Sequence record: MT708547.1
DNA length: 64,000 bases
Reading direction: 5' to 3' (one strand)
A model generated the notes under the pieces. That model worked only from the letters and a program-made list of their open reading frames with translations. It was not told where the DNA came from and made no database searches. Shown piece by piece: positions 54,901-63,674 of the stretch (within the stretch, counting starts at the first letter, position 1; each line of letters opens with the position of its first letter). The position numbers were made by a program, and so were the translations under genes.

Positions 54901-55111
54901 TAGTAGAAATATTAGTACACAAACAACCTCATCAGTTAATACAGTTACTGGAACGTCTACTACTAACGTGTCAGGAACAAATTATAGTGGTACAACGTCA
55001 ACTCAATTGAATACCTTTACTATTAATTATAACATAGGAACACGTGCATCTCAAGCATATATAAATACCATATTTTCACATTTACCATTAACATCTATAT
55101 ATGTAGGATAA
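51998..55111 (+). CDS. Tail spike / depolymerase (MSL anchor, 1 docking repeat)
   Basis: Shared N-terminus; Asn/Ser/Thr-rich beta-helix. Confidence 0.85.
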   Translation: MSLSNLSSSNSNGAFLDYGEFRSGVYIQTSNQILYFTDENGNKVGYQWKGLLPHTTTTNDPNTDGGISDTAWCSIVGSGFIEKLSKEGIDLSWQAHLPTVEVSYNLPHKTLKIWEKGLNSTVNDYWLYTDDGTVWNGVGVLGDIPDVPFKQIVPQNNVIEWSSIATEGQNQFTVPYEFTNISVFINGLLQNKSTGGYVVNGSTVTLNGSLKAGDDIHAVISNIPIKNINYITDVELSQPDAAQKIGLINGGRLQSAIKFLNFDMFNIDKTGTTDVTSNILQVINLANSLKIPIIQNDGIYRISGNTKFTINIDLLTKFDLSGVTLLPSVNTTATFWVTSSIQPTTYSSSSSVVGLLNSAAATDLVQDTGTFDSLNSDTTLNNKMIIIKFSDLAYTYNTSGTSTGGSSRNYYHVTRLSTSGKIDHSLPYTATSIESIWALPISKNNSIVKLPTIDYSEVKTPFPIMFQFFYVSNLDITCGTIINKPLTVVGNLNVFDVQYSYNVTVRDLYDPHPSVSYTSGGSTTASYSLHHGWTCRFTAINCISNGYGWGSASSAGWVCDTLFDKCSFNNIDNHDPHIGYFRIQNTNIGDGTITTIGVKNSTLELENVIFELGISNSPYYSGGLSSTKYFFPALITLRTSSGGLHDGDLKMKNVRVKGTWKTYDPVRDTQGAIVLSASDNFTTLPAGAVMSANTFRNIEIDGLKIDNQNTANIIKNLIFVNRDQSVYPPYNSKLSNIFYPSSSTFRIYNKNFAYRIASNSATVNKTFGEVGSRVSINGMSVGTLNIIGPTTNDNFTTIINITNLRNDETNSTPTVIRMSQRGIYNISDSEISSIITNDGSNELAYSAEINLSNCIIRNNSSPFITGTSSFIHRIKATNTTFIGDYSSSTITNSNTNVAQWFSLKNCDYYNTDGSLVSNMIIWNGNISNTTGTVNLYIAKGNCVSTSLTFNSTTYWDSFNINYVTSGVFSRNISTQTTSSVNTVTGTSTTNVSGTNYSGTTSTQLNTFTINYNIGTRASQAYINTIFSHLPLTSIYVG

Positions 55112-55142
55112 AAACAAAGCACCTTCGGGTGCTTTTGTTTTT
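55111..55142 (+). terminator. Intrinsic terminator (UUCG loop)
   Basis: AAAGCACC-TTCG-GGTGCTTT followed by T-run. Confidence 0.85.
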
Positions 55143-55143
55143 G

Positions 55144-55153
55144 CTAAATACAT
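55144..55153 (+). promoter_or_regulatory. Late promoter CTAAATACAT
   Basis: 29 nt upstream of the 55183 start. Confidence 0.65.
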
Positions 55154-55182
55154 AATAAAATCTTTATAAAGAGGTTTATTAA

Positions 55183-57828
55183 ATGTCTTTAATTCAACTT
55201 TCACCTAGTAATGGTGATTCATTATTAATAAATTCTGGTTCTTTTAGTACTGGAAAAATTATACGAACTAGAAATGAACTGGTATTTTACACCGATCAAT
55301 ATGGTAACAGCACCGGCTATCGCTGGTTAGGTAATTTACCTCATGTGATTAATGGTAATTCACCACAAACCGATGGTGGTATTTCAAGTACATCATGGGA
55401 ATCTTATATTACTGAAAATTTATATGATAAATTAAAATCAGAAAATATCACATTATCAGGTACAGCACATTTACCAACTGTTGAAGTTGCATATGGATTA
55501 CCAAAAGGTTCATTGAAAGTTTGGACTCCAGGTTCTACCAGTTCATCTTCTCAGTACTGGTTATATTCAGATGGAACTGTGTGGGGTGGTGTTGGGGTTT
55601 TGGGATCAGAACCAGATGTTCCATTCACACAATTACATTTACAACGAGATATTATAAAATATAATTACACAATTCCGTCTAATGGTACCACAACTATTTC
55701 TATACCCTATACATTCAGTTCAATTGAAGTTTATGTTAATGGTGTATTACAAGATTCAAATTCCTATTCGGTATCAGGTCAGTATATATTTTTTTCTTCT
55801 GAATTATTGCAGGGTGATATCATTCAAACATTTTTAAATGATGTTCCTATCAGTTCAGTCGATTATGCATTAAAAAGTGATTTATCTAACTATGCTACAA
55901 AAGATAATTTAATGAATTTTGAACAAGATATCAGTTCTAATTATGGTCTTACAATGATTGGACAATGTTCTGACATAAATGATATGAAATCGGTAGAGCC
56001 TATGATAAGTGGGCAACAAGTATATTTAATATCTCGTGTTAGTGGGTGGGAAGCAACATCTTCTGGTATGCCATGGGGCGGTGGTAAATTTCGTTATATT
56101 TCAAACCTCCCTGAAAATTTAAGAATTGATGATGGTGGTAGCATTATTAAAACCAATAATGGTAAATTTTGGGTAAGAGATGAATTATTCACAGGGCAGG
56201 GGGAAATACGGGTTGAATGGTATCTTGAAAACGCCCCATCATTTTTAAATGATGAAAGTGATGCATTACAAACCGCAGCTAATACTGCCCTGCTATGGTC
56301 TAAATATTCAGGATATAATAAAACAATACGCTTAATTATGCCACCAATTTTAACTATTAGTAAAACTATTAATATATATACTCGTGGTGTTCGTATTGAT
56401 GGTAATCATGGATATTGTAAAGTATTAAATACCGGAACTTATACTTTATATACTGATTTAAGTAGTAATGTAAATATAAAAAATACTCCTGATAATAATA
56501 TACCACCACGAGTAGTAATAAACATAACTCATGGTTCCGACGGCGGTGTATCTAACCCAGCATATTCGGATCAAGAAATTATAAAAGATTGGAATCTAGT
56601 ATTAGGAAATGTTGGAGATGATTTTAATCCAATTAATAAAACCGACAATGGAATAGTTGCATTTTGTCATTGGGGTACCAGTACTGTTGCCGCTGCCCAG
56701 TTTTCTATAAAAAATGTATCAGTGCAAGGGTTTGGTGTAGGATATATCAACGGTGATAATACTTGGGGTGGTAATTTTTATGAATGTAAATTCGTTGGAT
56801 GTTGGATTCCACTATGGTTAATCAACGGAGCCGATAATACCGAGCGTTACACTCTTTTTGGTTGCGTTATGCAGAACGGATACCGATGTGTATATTCTCC
56901 TTGGGGTGGGGATTTTAACATCGTTAAAGGCTCATATGTCTGGAATACTGGCCCGTATTTTGAGTTCCCGACTGCGAGTAATATGATAGAAATAAATCCA
57001 TCTAGAATTGAAATGGTTAATACATCAAACCCACTTCTTATAGTTGGAACCGCTATCGAAACCGGGGCAACATCCCAAACATTCCCGCTGGTAAAATTGC
57101 ATGGCTCAATGATCTTATTGGACGCGTCAACAGTTCAGCCTGCTAATTATTTATTCAGTGTGAGTAAATATTCCAAGTTAATCGTAGAGGACAATACTTG
57201 GTCACATAAAAATATGACCAATAACGCGAATTTGAAGCTCTTGAATCCTTCTGACACTGGCGGGAAAGTGATTTTCAGGAACAACACCTGCCGCGTTGGT
57301 ATATTCTCAGAAATGGCCCGTGACAGTAGATTGATGACAAGCAGGACGCCAGCAGGACGTATCAATGATATTACAATCGGCGGAGTTAATGCTGCAAAGG
57401 CGTCATACAGTGTAAATGGAGCAGCTCTGACTTTTACAGTAAACGAGACATCAACCAGCGGAACATTGACGCTGTTGTTGAGAGTCCCTGTGGACGTAGA
57501 TATGACAGACTGGGACAGCCTGTCATGGAAAGCAGTGTTCGCCAACTTAAACCTAACTGGAACGTGGACTATTAACTGCTTCGCGTCCGTAGCAGGCTCA
57601 TCATATCTGAACAACCGTATAGATCTCGGTTCAGTTACATTGAACTCGGTAACTGATATCAGTGATGTTTGCAGCAATAACGCTTACGGATTCAAGAAAA
57701 TACTGAAACGTGCAGATGGCGGGTGGGACCGCGTGCCAACAGAGGTATATTTTTATATTTCTGGTGGAAATTCCCAAACTGCTGGCGATACATTTACAAT
57801 CACTAGTCTTGGGCTGCTTGGGTACTAA
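55183..57828 (+). CDS. Tail spike / depolymerase (MSL anchor, 1 docking repeat)
   Basis: Shared N-terminus; ESDALQTAAN pectin-lyase-like entry; beta-helix. Confidence 0.85.
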   Translation: MSLIQLSPSNGDSLLINSGSFSTGKIIRTRNELVFYTDQYGNSTGYRWLGNLPHVINGNSPQTDGGISSTSWESYITENLYDKLKSENITLSGTAHLPTVEVAYGLPKGSLKVWTPGSTSSSSQYWLYSDGTVWGGVGVLGSEPDVPFTQLHLQRDIIKYNYTIPSNGTTTISIPYTFSSIEVYVNGVLQDSNSYSVSGQYIFFSSELLQGDIIQTFLNDVPISSVDYALKSDLSNYATKDNLMNFEQDISSNYGLTMIGQCSDINDMKSVEPMISGQQVYLISRVSGWEATSSGMPWGGGKFRYISNLPENLRIDDGGSIIKTNNGKFWVRDELFTGQGEIRVEWYLENAPSFLNDESDALQTAANTALLWSKYSGYNKTIRLIMPPILTISKTINIYTRGVRIDGNHGYCKVLNTGTYTLYTDLSSNVNIKNTPDNNIPPRVVINITHGSDGGVSNPAYSDQEIIKDWNLVLGNVGDDFNPINKTDNGIVAFCHWGTSTVAAAQFSIKNVSVQGFGVGYINGDNTWGGNFYECKFVGCWIPLWLINGADNTERYTLFGCVMQNGYRCVYSPWGGDFNIVKGSYVWNTGPYFEFPTASNMIEINPSRIEMVNTSNPLLIVGTAIETGATSQTFPLVKLHGSMILLDASTVQPANYLFSVSKYSKLIVEDNTWSHKNMTNNANLKLLNPSDTGGKVIFRNNTCRVGIFSEMARDSRLMTSRTPAGRINDITIGGVNAAKASYSVNGAALTFTVNETSTSGTLTLLLRVPVDVDMTDWDSLSWKAVFANLNLTGTWTINCFASVAGSSYLNNRIDLGSVTLNSVTDISDVCSNNAYGFKKILKRADGGWDRVPTEVYFYISGGNSQTAGDTFTITSLGLLGY

Positions 57829-57883
57829 AATTATATTTTACATGAGTAACAAATATTAAATATATTATAAGGCAAAACATGAT

Positions 57884-59968
57884 ATGTCATTAACAAATTT
57901 AAATTCATCAAATTCAAAAAGTATGTTGATTAATTCTGGAACATTTAGAAGTGGGGTGTATATCACCTCACAAAACCAAATTTTAACATATACTGATAGT
58001 AATGGGATGACTGCTGGATATTATTATACTGGCTCAGTTCCATATACTACCACAAAAAATACACCACAGAGTGATAGTGTACTTTGGAAAGTTATGTTCA
58101 TTGCAGATAAGTACTCTTATCTAAAATCTGACATTGTACCAATCACCAGTGGTGGTACTGGAGCTAATAATATATCTAATGCAAGAACTAACTTTGGTTT
58201 AGGCACTGCTGATACCCCAACGTTCCAGAGTCTTAATATTCAATACAGTTCCAATGAACCAAAAATTAATTTAAATAATTCCATCATTAGATCTAACACC
58301 AGTAACGCATTAGTTGTTAGTGCATTACAAGGGATTTATTTACGTCCAGCAGGTGACAATGTTTCGAGTCCTCAAATTTTATATTCTACGGATGGGACAT
58401 TGACAATGACAAACACTAATGTTACAGTTAACGGTAATGTTAGTGTTAACGGTAGTTTAACATTAAGTACTGCATTAGCACTTTCAAGTGGTGGTACTGG
58501 AGCAACTGATGCACCCACAGCGAGAACAAATTTAGGATTAGGTACATCATCAACTGTTGATACTGGTACAAGTGGTGCCACAATTCCATTGCTAAGTACT
58601 GCAAATACATGGTCATCTACTCAAACTATACAAGGCAACTTAGTTGTTGGTGTATCAGGTACGAGTACTATTAATTTGGGTGCTTCTGCTTTTATGCGAG
58701 ATAATGGATCAAAAGCATTAATTATCACGTCCAACTCAGCATCTGATGCATCCCCTGCTGGTCTGTATCTACGACCAATGGGTGATACTGTAAGTACAGT
58801 GCAAATTTATGGTAATAATACTGGATGGTCAGTCAATGGAAATACTCAAATTTCTGGAACATTTTCTAATACAGGAAATGCTTCATTTTTGAATAGTGCG
58901 TATACAGTTGATAGTACTGGGATGTACGCATCAAGTACTGGAAAAATGTTGGGTGCTGTTGGCACACCATGGAGTACTACTTATACTAATACATTAACAT
59001 CTGGTACATCAGCACAGCTTTATTTAAATTCAACATCTGGTACTATAAATTTACAAAATTCCGGTGTAACCACATATACATACACATCTAGTGCTTTTAG
59101 TCCAGCAACAACAGGGAAAAATTCAGCGGCTGTTGGAACTCCATGGAGTGTAACATATAGCAATTCTATTACATCAGGAACTAGTACGGCATTAACTTTA
59201 AATGGCACTTCAACTAACATAAATTTACAAATAGCTGGAACTACGATAATACAGCTAGGATCGTCGGGTTTTGTATCTAATAACAACGTGACATATAGAT
59301 CGAAAAATACATCAGGTACTGCATTAGATCTATGCAAAATTGATACTAGTAATATTACACAAATTGGTAATACTACTATACAAACTAATATAAATTCTTC
59401 AGTACATCCAACAGTAAACGTGGCTGGAACTTCTTATACACTTTATAGTACTGGTAATAAACCAACAGTAAGTGCATTTAGAGCAAGCTATTTAACAACT
59501 GCTGGTTCAGATTCCAAACAAACATTAACTGCATCTAATACACCACAGACTTTATTAGTTAATACTATAACTGCTGCATCAAGTATTATAACTGCTAATA
59601 CAAGTACTGGTACATTTTTATCTAATGTTACACAAGGCATGATGATGTCAATTAACGCACAAATTATTAGAGAAACTTCTGGTGGTGGTGATGTTTATTG
59701 GATAATGTTCTTGGAAACAAGTACGGATGGTACAACATGGACTTCTGTTCCGGGTTCTAATAGAATTGTTACATTAAGTTCTAACACAACTAATGAAATG
59801 AAGCAGGTTGATTTTACCGTTGCTATACAAAGTACACAAGGTTCATATATAAGAATTAGACATGCCTGTACTGATAGTACTAAAACCGTTTCTGTAATTT
59901 CTAAAGATTCATTATTTGCCGGTGTTCCAATTTCATCTGGTTTGATAGTAAGTTTCTTAACTATATAA
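57884..59968 (+). CDS. Tail fibre protein (truncated MSL anchor, fibre repeats)
   Basis: SGGTGA...ARTNxGLG twice, YLRP repeats, duplicated AVGTPWS..Y.N..TSGTS unit; no pectin-lyase entry motif. Confidence 0.8.
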   Translation: MSLTNLNSSNSKSMLINSGTFRSGVYITSQNQILTYTDSNGMTAGYYYTGSVPYTTTKNTPQSDSVLWKVMFIADKYSYLKSDIVPITSGGTGANNISNARTNFGLGTADTPTFQSLNIQYSSNEPKINLNNSIIRSNTSNALVVSALQGIYLRPAGDNVSSPQILYSTDGTLTMTNTNVTVNGNVSVNGSLTLSTALALSSGGTGATDAPTARTNLGLGTSSTVDTGTSGATIPLLSTANTWSSTQTIQGNLVVGVSGTSTINLGASAFMRDNGSKALIITSNSASDASPAGLYLRPMGDTVSTVQIYGNNTGWSVNGNTQISGTFSNTGNASFLNSAYTVDSTGMYASSTGKMLGAVGTPWSTTYTNTLTSGTSAQLYLNSTSGTINLQNSGVTTYTYTSSAFSPATTGKNSAAVGTPWSVTYSNSITSGTSTALTLNGTSTNINLQIAGTTIIQLGSSGFVSNNNVTYRSKNTSGTALDLCKIDTSNITQIGNTTIQTNINSSVHPTVNVAGTSYTLYSTGNKPTVSAFRASYLTTAGSDSKQTLTASNTPQTLLVNTITAASSIITANTSTGTFLSNVTQGMMMSINAQIIRETSGGGDVYWIMFLETSTDGTTWTSVPGSNRIVTLSSNTTNEMKQVDFTVAIQSTQGSYIRIRHACTDSTKTVSVISKDSLFAGVPISSGLIVSFLTI

Positions 59969-59970
59969 TA

Positions 59971-59999
59971 AAAAGCCGCAATTTATGTTGCGGCTTTTT
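59971..59999 (+). terminator. Intrinsic terminator ending the tail locus
   Basis: AAAAGCCGCAA-tttatg-TTGCGGCTTTT. Confidence 0.8.
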
Positions 60000-60049
60000 C
60001 TACATTATGATATTATTACATCATTCTAAATCCATTTAAAAATCTTTTA

Positions 60050-60078
60050 TTGACAAAGGATCTATTTTAAGTTAAAAT
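60050..60078 (+). promoter_or_regulatory. Sigma70-type early promoter
   Basis: TTGACA-17 nt-TAAAAT. Confidence 0.75.
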
Positions 60079-60107
60079 GCAAAAATAACTATTTAAGAGA
60101 CTGAAAA

Positions 60108-61958
60108 ATGGCGAAATTTGATCGACTACAAAAAAAGTATACTTTTGTATTGCATTTACTAAGAAGAAGTTCAGTACTAAAATCGTTAGTATCTGATGAT
60201 AAATCAAGAAAAGAACTTATTGAATGCATGTATGATATGTCCAGACATACATTATATAAATTATTAAAGGATTATAGTACTGATCCGTTTAGTTCACGCT
60301 TTGAACTAAATTCTTCACCGAATTATGTATCATTAGCGTCCATTGAAAAGTTTGAACTAAGAGACAAAACTAACAATATTCTTTTATGTATCAGCAACTA
60401 TAATGGTAGTACCGAAAAATACAATCCAAAGTATATCAAATGCAATGCATATATCAATGGAAAGTACACAAGTGATGTTTTAACTGAAAATGAAAAATTG
60501 TACTTTTTACGCTTACATGAAGATATACGTGTAATGATCAAAAACTTTGATGAATTGGAAAAATATCAAGAAATCAATGAAGTCAAAGATAAATTAAAAA
60601 GGTTATATTAATGGCTATTGCACCCAAGAAACCAAAACTAAACGACAATTCAGTAATAAAATGTATGTTAGGTGCATTGTTATTATCCAAAAGTTTAATA
60701 CTAATGGAGTATAATAACAAAAGAGATATTTTAAATGCAAAGTACTACAATTCAAAAGTCTCACAAGAGGTATATCATTTCTGTAAGTACTGCGTGAACA
60801 ACCCATCAGATATAAATTATTTTAATGAAAGTGGTAATTTAAGATATCAACATCCTGTTTTTGAATTTTATATTGAACATTATGATATGGGATTCAAATA
60901 TTCATCACAATCTGATGTTGTATACTTTAAAGTTCAAAATAATTGGATGGAATTCAGTACTAACAAATATGATAAAATGTTATTGAGTTCAGTATTTTTT
61001 TGTTTATCAGAAAGAGAAAGAAATGAAAAAATTCTTTCCAATATACAAAATACAATAGATAGTAAATTGCGTTATCTTGCTATGTATAAGGAGACAAAAT
61101 GACAATTGATGATATTTACAGTACAATAAGGAATTTAGATAAGTACAAAAAAGTTTTTGATTCAATCAACCGTAACATTTTTTATGGTATTGGTACTTAT
61201 GATATTATACAACTGGAATACGATCAGGAAGGAAAAAGTGGTATAAATTTCGTATGTCCACGTGACAGTGAAAACAATTTCATGTATGTTGAAGTTAACG
61301 AAGATGGTATCAAATTTACAAAAATCTTCAAAGGTGGAATTGATTACGAAGAACTGGATTTGAATGAAGAAGATAGTTTCTTTCAACAAGATACTGTTAT
61401 AAATCTTGGTTTTTCATTACAAGAGTACAGAGAAATGCATAAAGATTTTATGCGTTATTACAATGGCTTCCTCAAAGAATTAACGGTACATTTATGAATC
61501 TCAATACAAGTGAAATGTTCTTTAACGATGTAAAATCAAAATTTCTAAAAAATGATGGTAGTGGGTTTGATGAAAAAATCAAAGAGGTAGTATTGCGTTG
61601 GAAAAATAGTCCAGTACTGAATAATATATGCCCTCGCTGGTCATGTCAAAGTCATGAATATGATGATTTTAATACTTATTATTACATTATATTCTGTACC
61701 CAAAACGATGGTGCGGAATTTCTGTACAATAAAGTATTGAAAAAGCTAATCGAACTCAGTGCAAAGTGCGGTGTGATGGATAATTGTTGGGAATACAAGG
61801 TAATCCAGTTAATGAACACAATTGATAATAATCACACACCCTTTGAACCACACGTAGAAATTGCATGTAGAGTATTTGGGGATTATAATAAAATTTGTAT
61901 TTTAGAAAAAGTATGGTTAGAATTACTAGAAGGTATTGAAAAAGAATATGGGCAATAA
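60108..61958 (+). CDS. Four hypothetical proteins (60108-60611, 60611-61102, 61099-61497, 61494-61958)
   Basis: ORF track, overlapping stop/start operon. Confidence 0.6.
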
Positions 61959-63192
61959 TAATTTTTTAGAACAAAATATAGTTAAACATCTTGCAGGTTC
62001 AAATGCATATGGTACTAATACCCCTGAAAGTGATGTTGATTACAGGGGTATTTTTTTAGCATCAAAAGAATATATCATGACTCCCTTTTATAATGTAAAA
62101 GAAGTCACTGATTCTTCAGAAGAAGATACAAAATTTTATGAATTGAATCAGTACATGAAATTGTATCTGGATGCTAATCCAAACATTCTCGAAAGTTTAT
62201 GGGTAGATCCATCAGATATCGTTGATAGTACTGAATTTTATGATTATCTACGAAAACACAATGCTGATTTACTAAGTTCACGAATTGCATTTACTTATAC
62301 TGGTTATGCTTATAATCAGGTAACTCGTATGAAAAATCATCACGGTTGGATGGATAAAGAACGTACAGCAGAAAATAGATTAAATGAAATTATTTCTTTA
62401 TATCCATATGTTATCACAAAAGAATGGATGTATGATACGTTCCCAGATTATATAGTTGAACGCGTATTAAAAGATGTAATCTTATCAAACATGAACATTT
62501 CAATTGATTTTGAAAAATTAATGCGTGATACTTCATTACAACTGGTTTCTATTGTCCCACTGAAGCAATACCATTTTGTCAAATTAGTACATAATTACAG
62601 TACTGAAAAAGTTCTTGATCGTGATTTCAATTTACTGAATTACAATAATGGTTATGAATTAATTCACTACGGTGAAAATATTTTTGCTCTTGTAAAAAAT
62701 AAAAATGAGAGTACAATTAATTCTGATGGTACATTGCGTTATTTCAATAAAGAACGTAGTACTGAAGAATTGAAAACTTATCCTGAACTTATTATCAAAT
62801 TCAATAATAAAGAATGGACTGAAAATTCTGATAACAGAAAGAACTATCACAAATGGAAGAAAAATCGTAACACTAAGCGTTCTATTATGGAAATGCAATC
62901 AGGTTATGATCGAAAATTTGCAATGCATACTATCAGATTATTGAACACCGCTGAAGAAGCGTTGGAAAGTGGTATTATTCATGTCAAACGTCCAGATGCA
63001 CAATTTTTATTGGATATCAGAAATGGTAAGTACACCTATGAAGAGATCATGGAAATGTATAATACCAAACAACACAATATCCGAGAAGTTCTGTACAAAA
63101 AATCAGTACTACCAAAGAAACCGAATATCAAATTAGCTACCAAGATTTTACTTGATATTCGTGAAATGCAATTTTATGGCAAAAAATCTTAA
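61936..63192 (+). CDS. Pol-beta-superfamily nucleotidyltransferase (RlaP / predicted NTase family)
   Basis: LAGSNAYGTNTPESDVDYRGIF, ELNQY, NPNILE, YDRKFAMHTIRLL, LLDIRNG. Confidence 0.85.
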   Translation: MKKNMGNNNFLEQNIVKHLAGSNAYGTNTPESDVDYRGIFLASKEYIMTPFYNVKEVTDSSEEDTKFYELNQYMKLYLDANPNILESLWVDPSDIVDSTEFYDYLRKHNADLLSSRIAFTYTGYAYNQVTRMKNHHGWMDKERTAENRLNEIISLYPYVITKEWMYDTFPDYIVERVLKDVILSNMNISIDFEKLMRDTSLQLVSIVPLKQYHFVKLVHNYSTEKVLDRDFNLLNYNNGYELIHYGENIFALVKNKNESTINSDGTLRYFNKERSTEELKTYPELIIKFNNKEWTENSDNRKNYHKWKKNRNTKRSIMEMQSGYDRKFAMHTIRLLNTAEEALESGIIHVKRPDAQFLLDIRNGKYTYEEIMEMYNTKQHNIREVLYKKSVLPKKPNIKLATKILLDIREMQFYGKKS

Positions 63193-63209
63193 CACAAAGA
63201 GGTAATTAT

Positions 63210-63674
63210 ATGAGCAACTATTCAGAGTATAAACAAAAAGAAATTGAATTGAAAGAAATGGTGAAAACCGTTGGCAAAGAACTCATTCAAGAAATGTACG
63301 AACAGTTTTTTGAAAAGTACCCAGAAGTTAAATTTGTTAGTACCGTTGGTTATATCCCAGGGTTTAATGATGGTGATGCTTGTGAATTCACATCTGATAC
63401 TGAATTTAGTGGAGATTATGTTGAAAATCTTAGCGAAGAAAGTTTAGAAGATATGGTCATTGCATTTGGTGGTGAACCAGGTGAAGATGATTTGTTTGAT
63501 CTTGATACTGCGGAAAATCCAAACTGGAATTATCAACAATACAACGCCGCCGGGAAAGATGTGGACGTCGACCTTCTGGAAAAAGTATATGGTTATGATT
63601 GGATTGTTGTTGCTTATAAAGGTATTGATGGAACAGTTTCAATTGTTCAAGAGGATTATGATTGTGGATATTAA
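63210..63674 (+). CDS. Acidic hypothetical protein
   Basis: SD GAGG; KYP...GYIPGFNDGDACEF. Confidence 0.7.
   Translation: MSNYSEYKQKEIELKEMVKTVGKELIQEMYEQFFEKYPEVKFVSTVGYIPGFNDGDACEFTSDTEFSGDYVENLSEESLEDMVIAFGGEPGEDDLFDLDTAENPNWNYQQYNAAGKDVDVDLLEKVYGYDWIVVAYKGIDGTVSIVQEDYDCGY

Noticed and set aside
36088-57828. Assigning capsule (K-type) specificities to the spikes
   Set aside because: Cannot be supported without alignment to characterised depolymerases
60108-61102. Paralogy between ORFs 60108 and 60611
   Set aside because: Only similar length and composition; no convincing shared motif by eye
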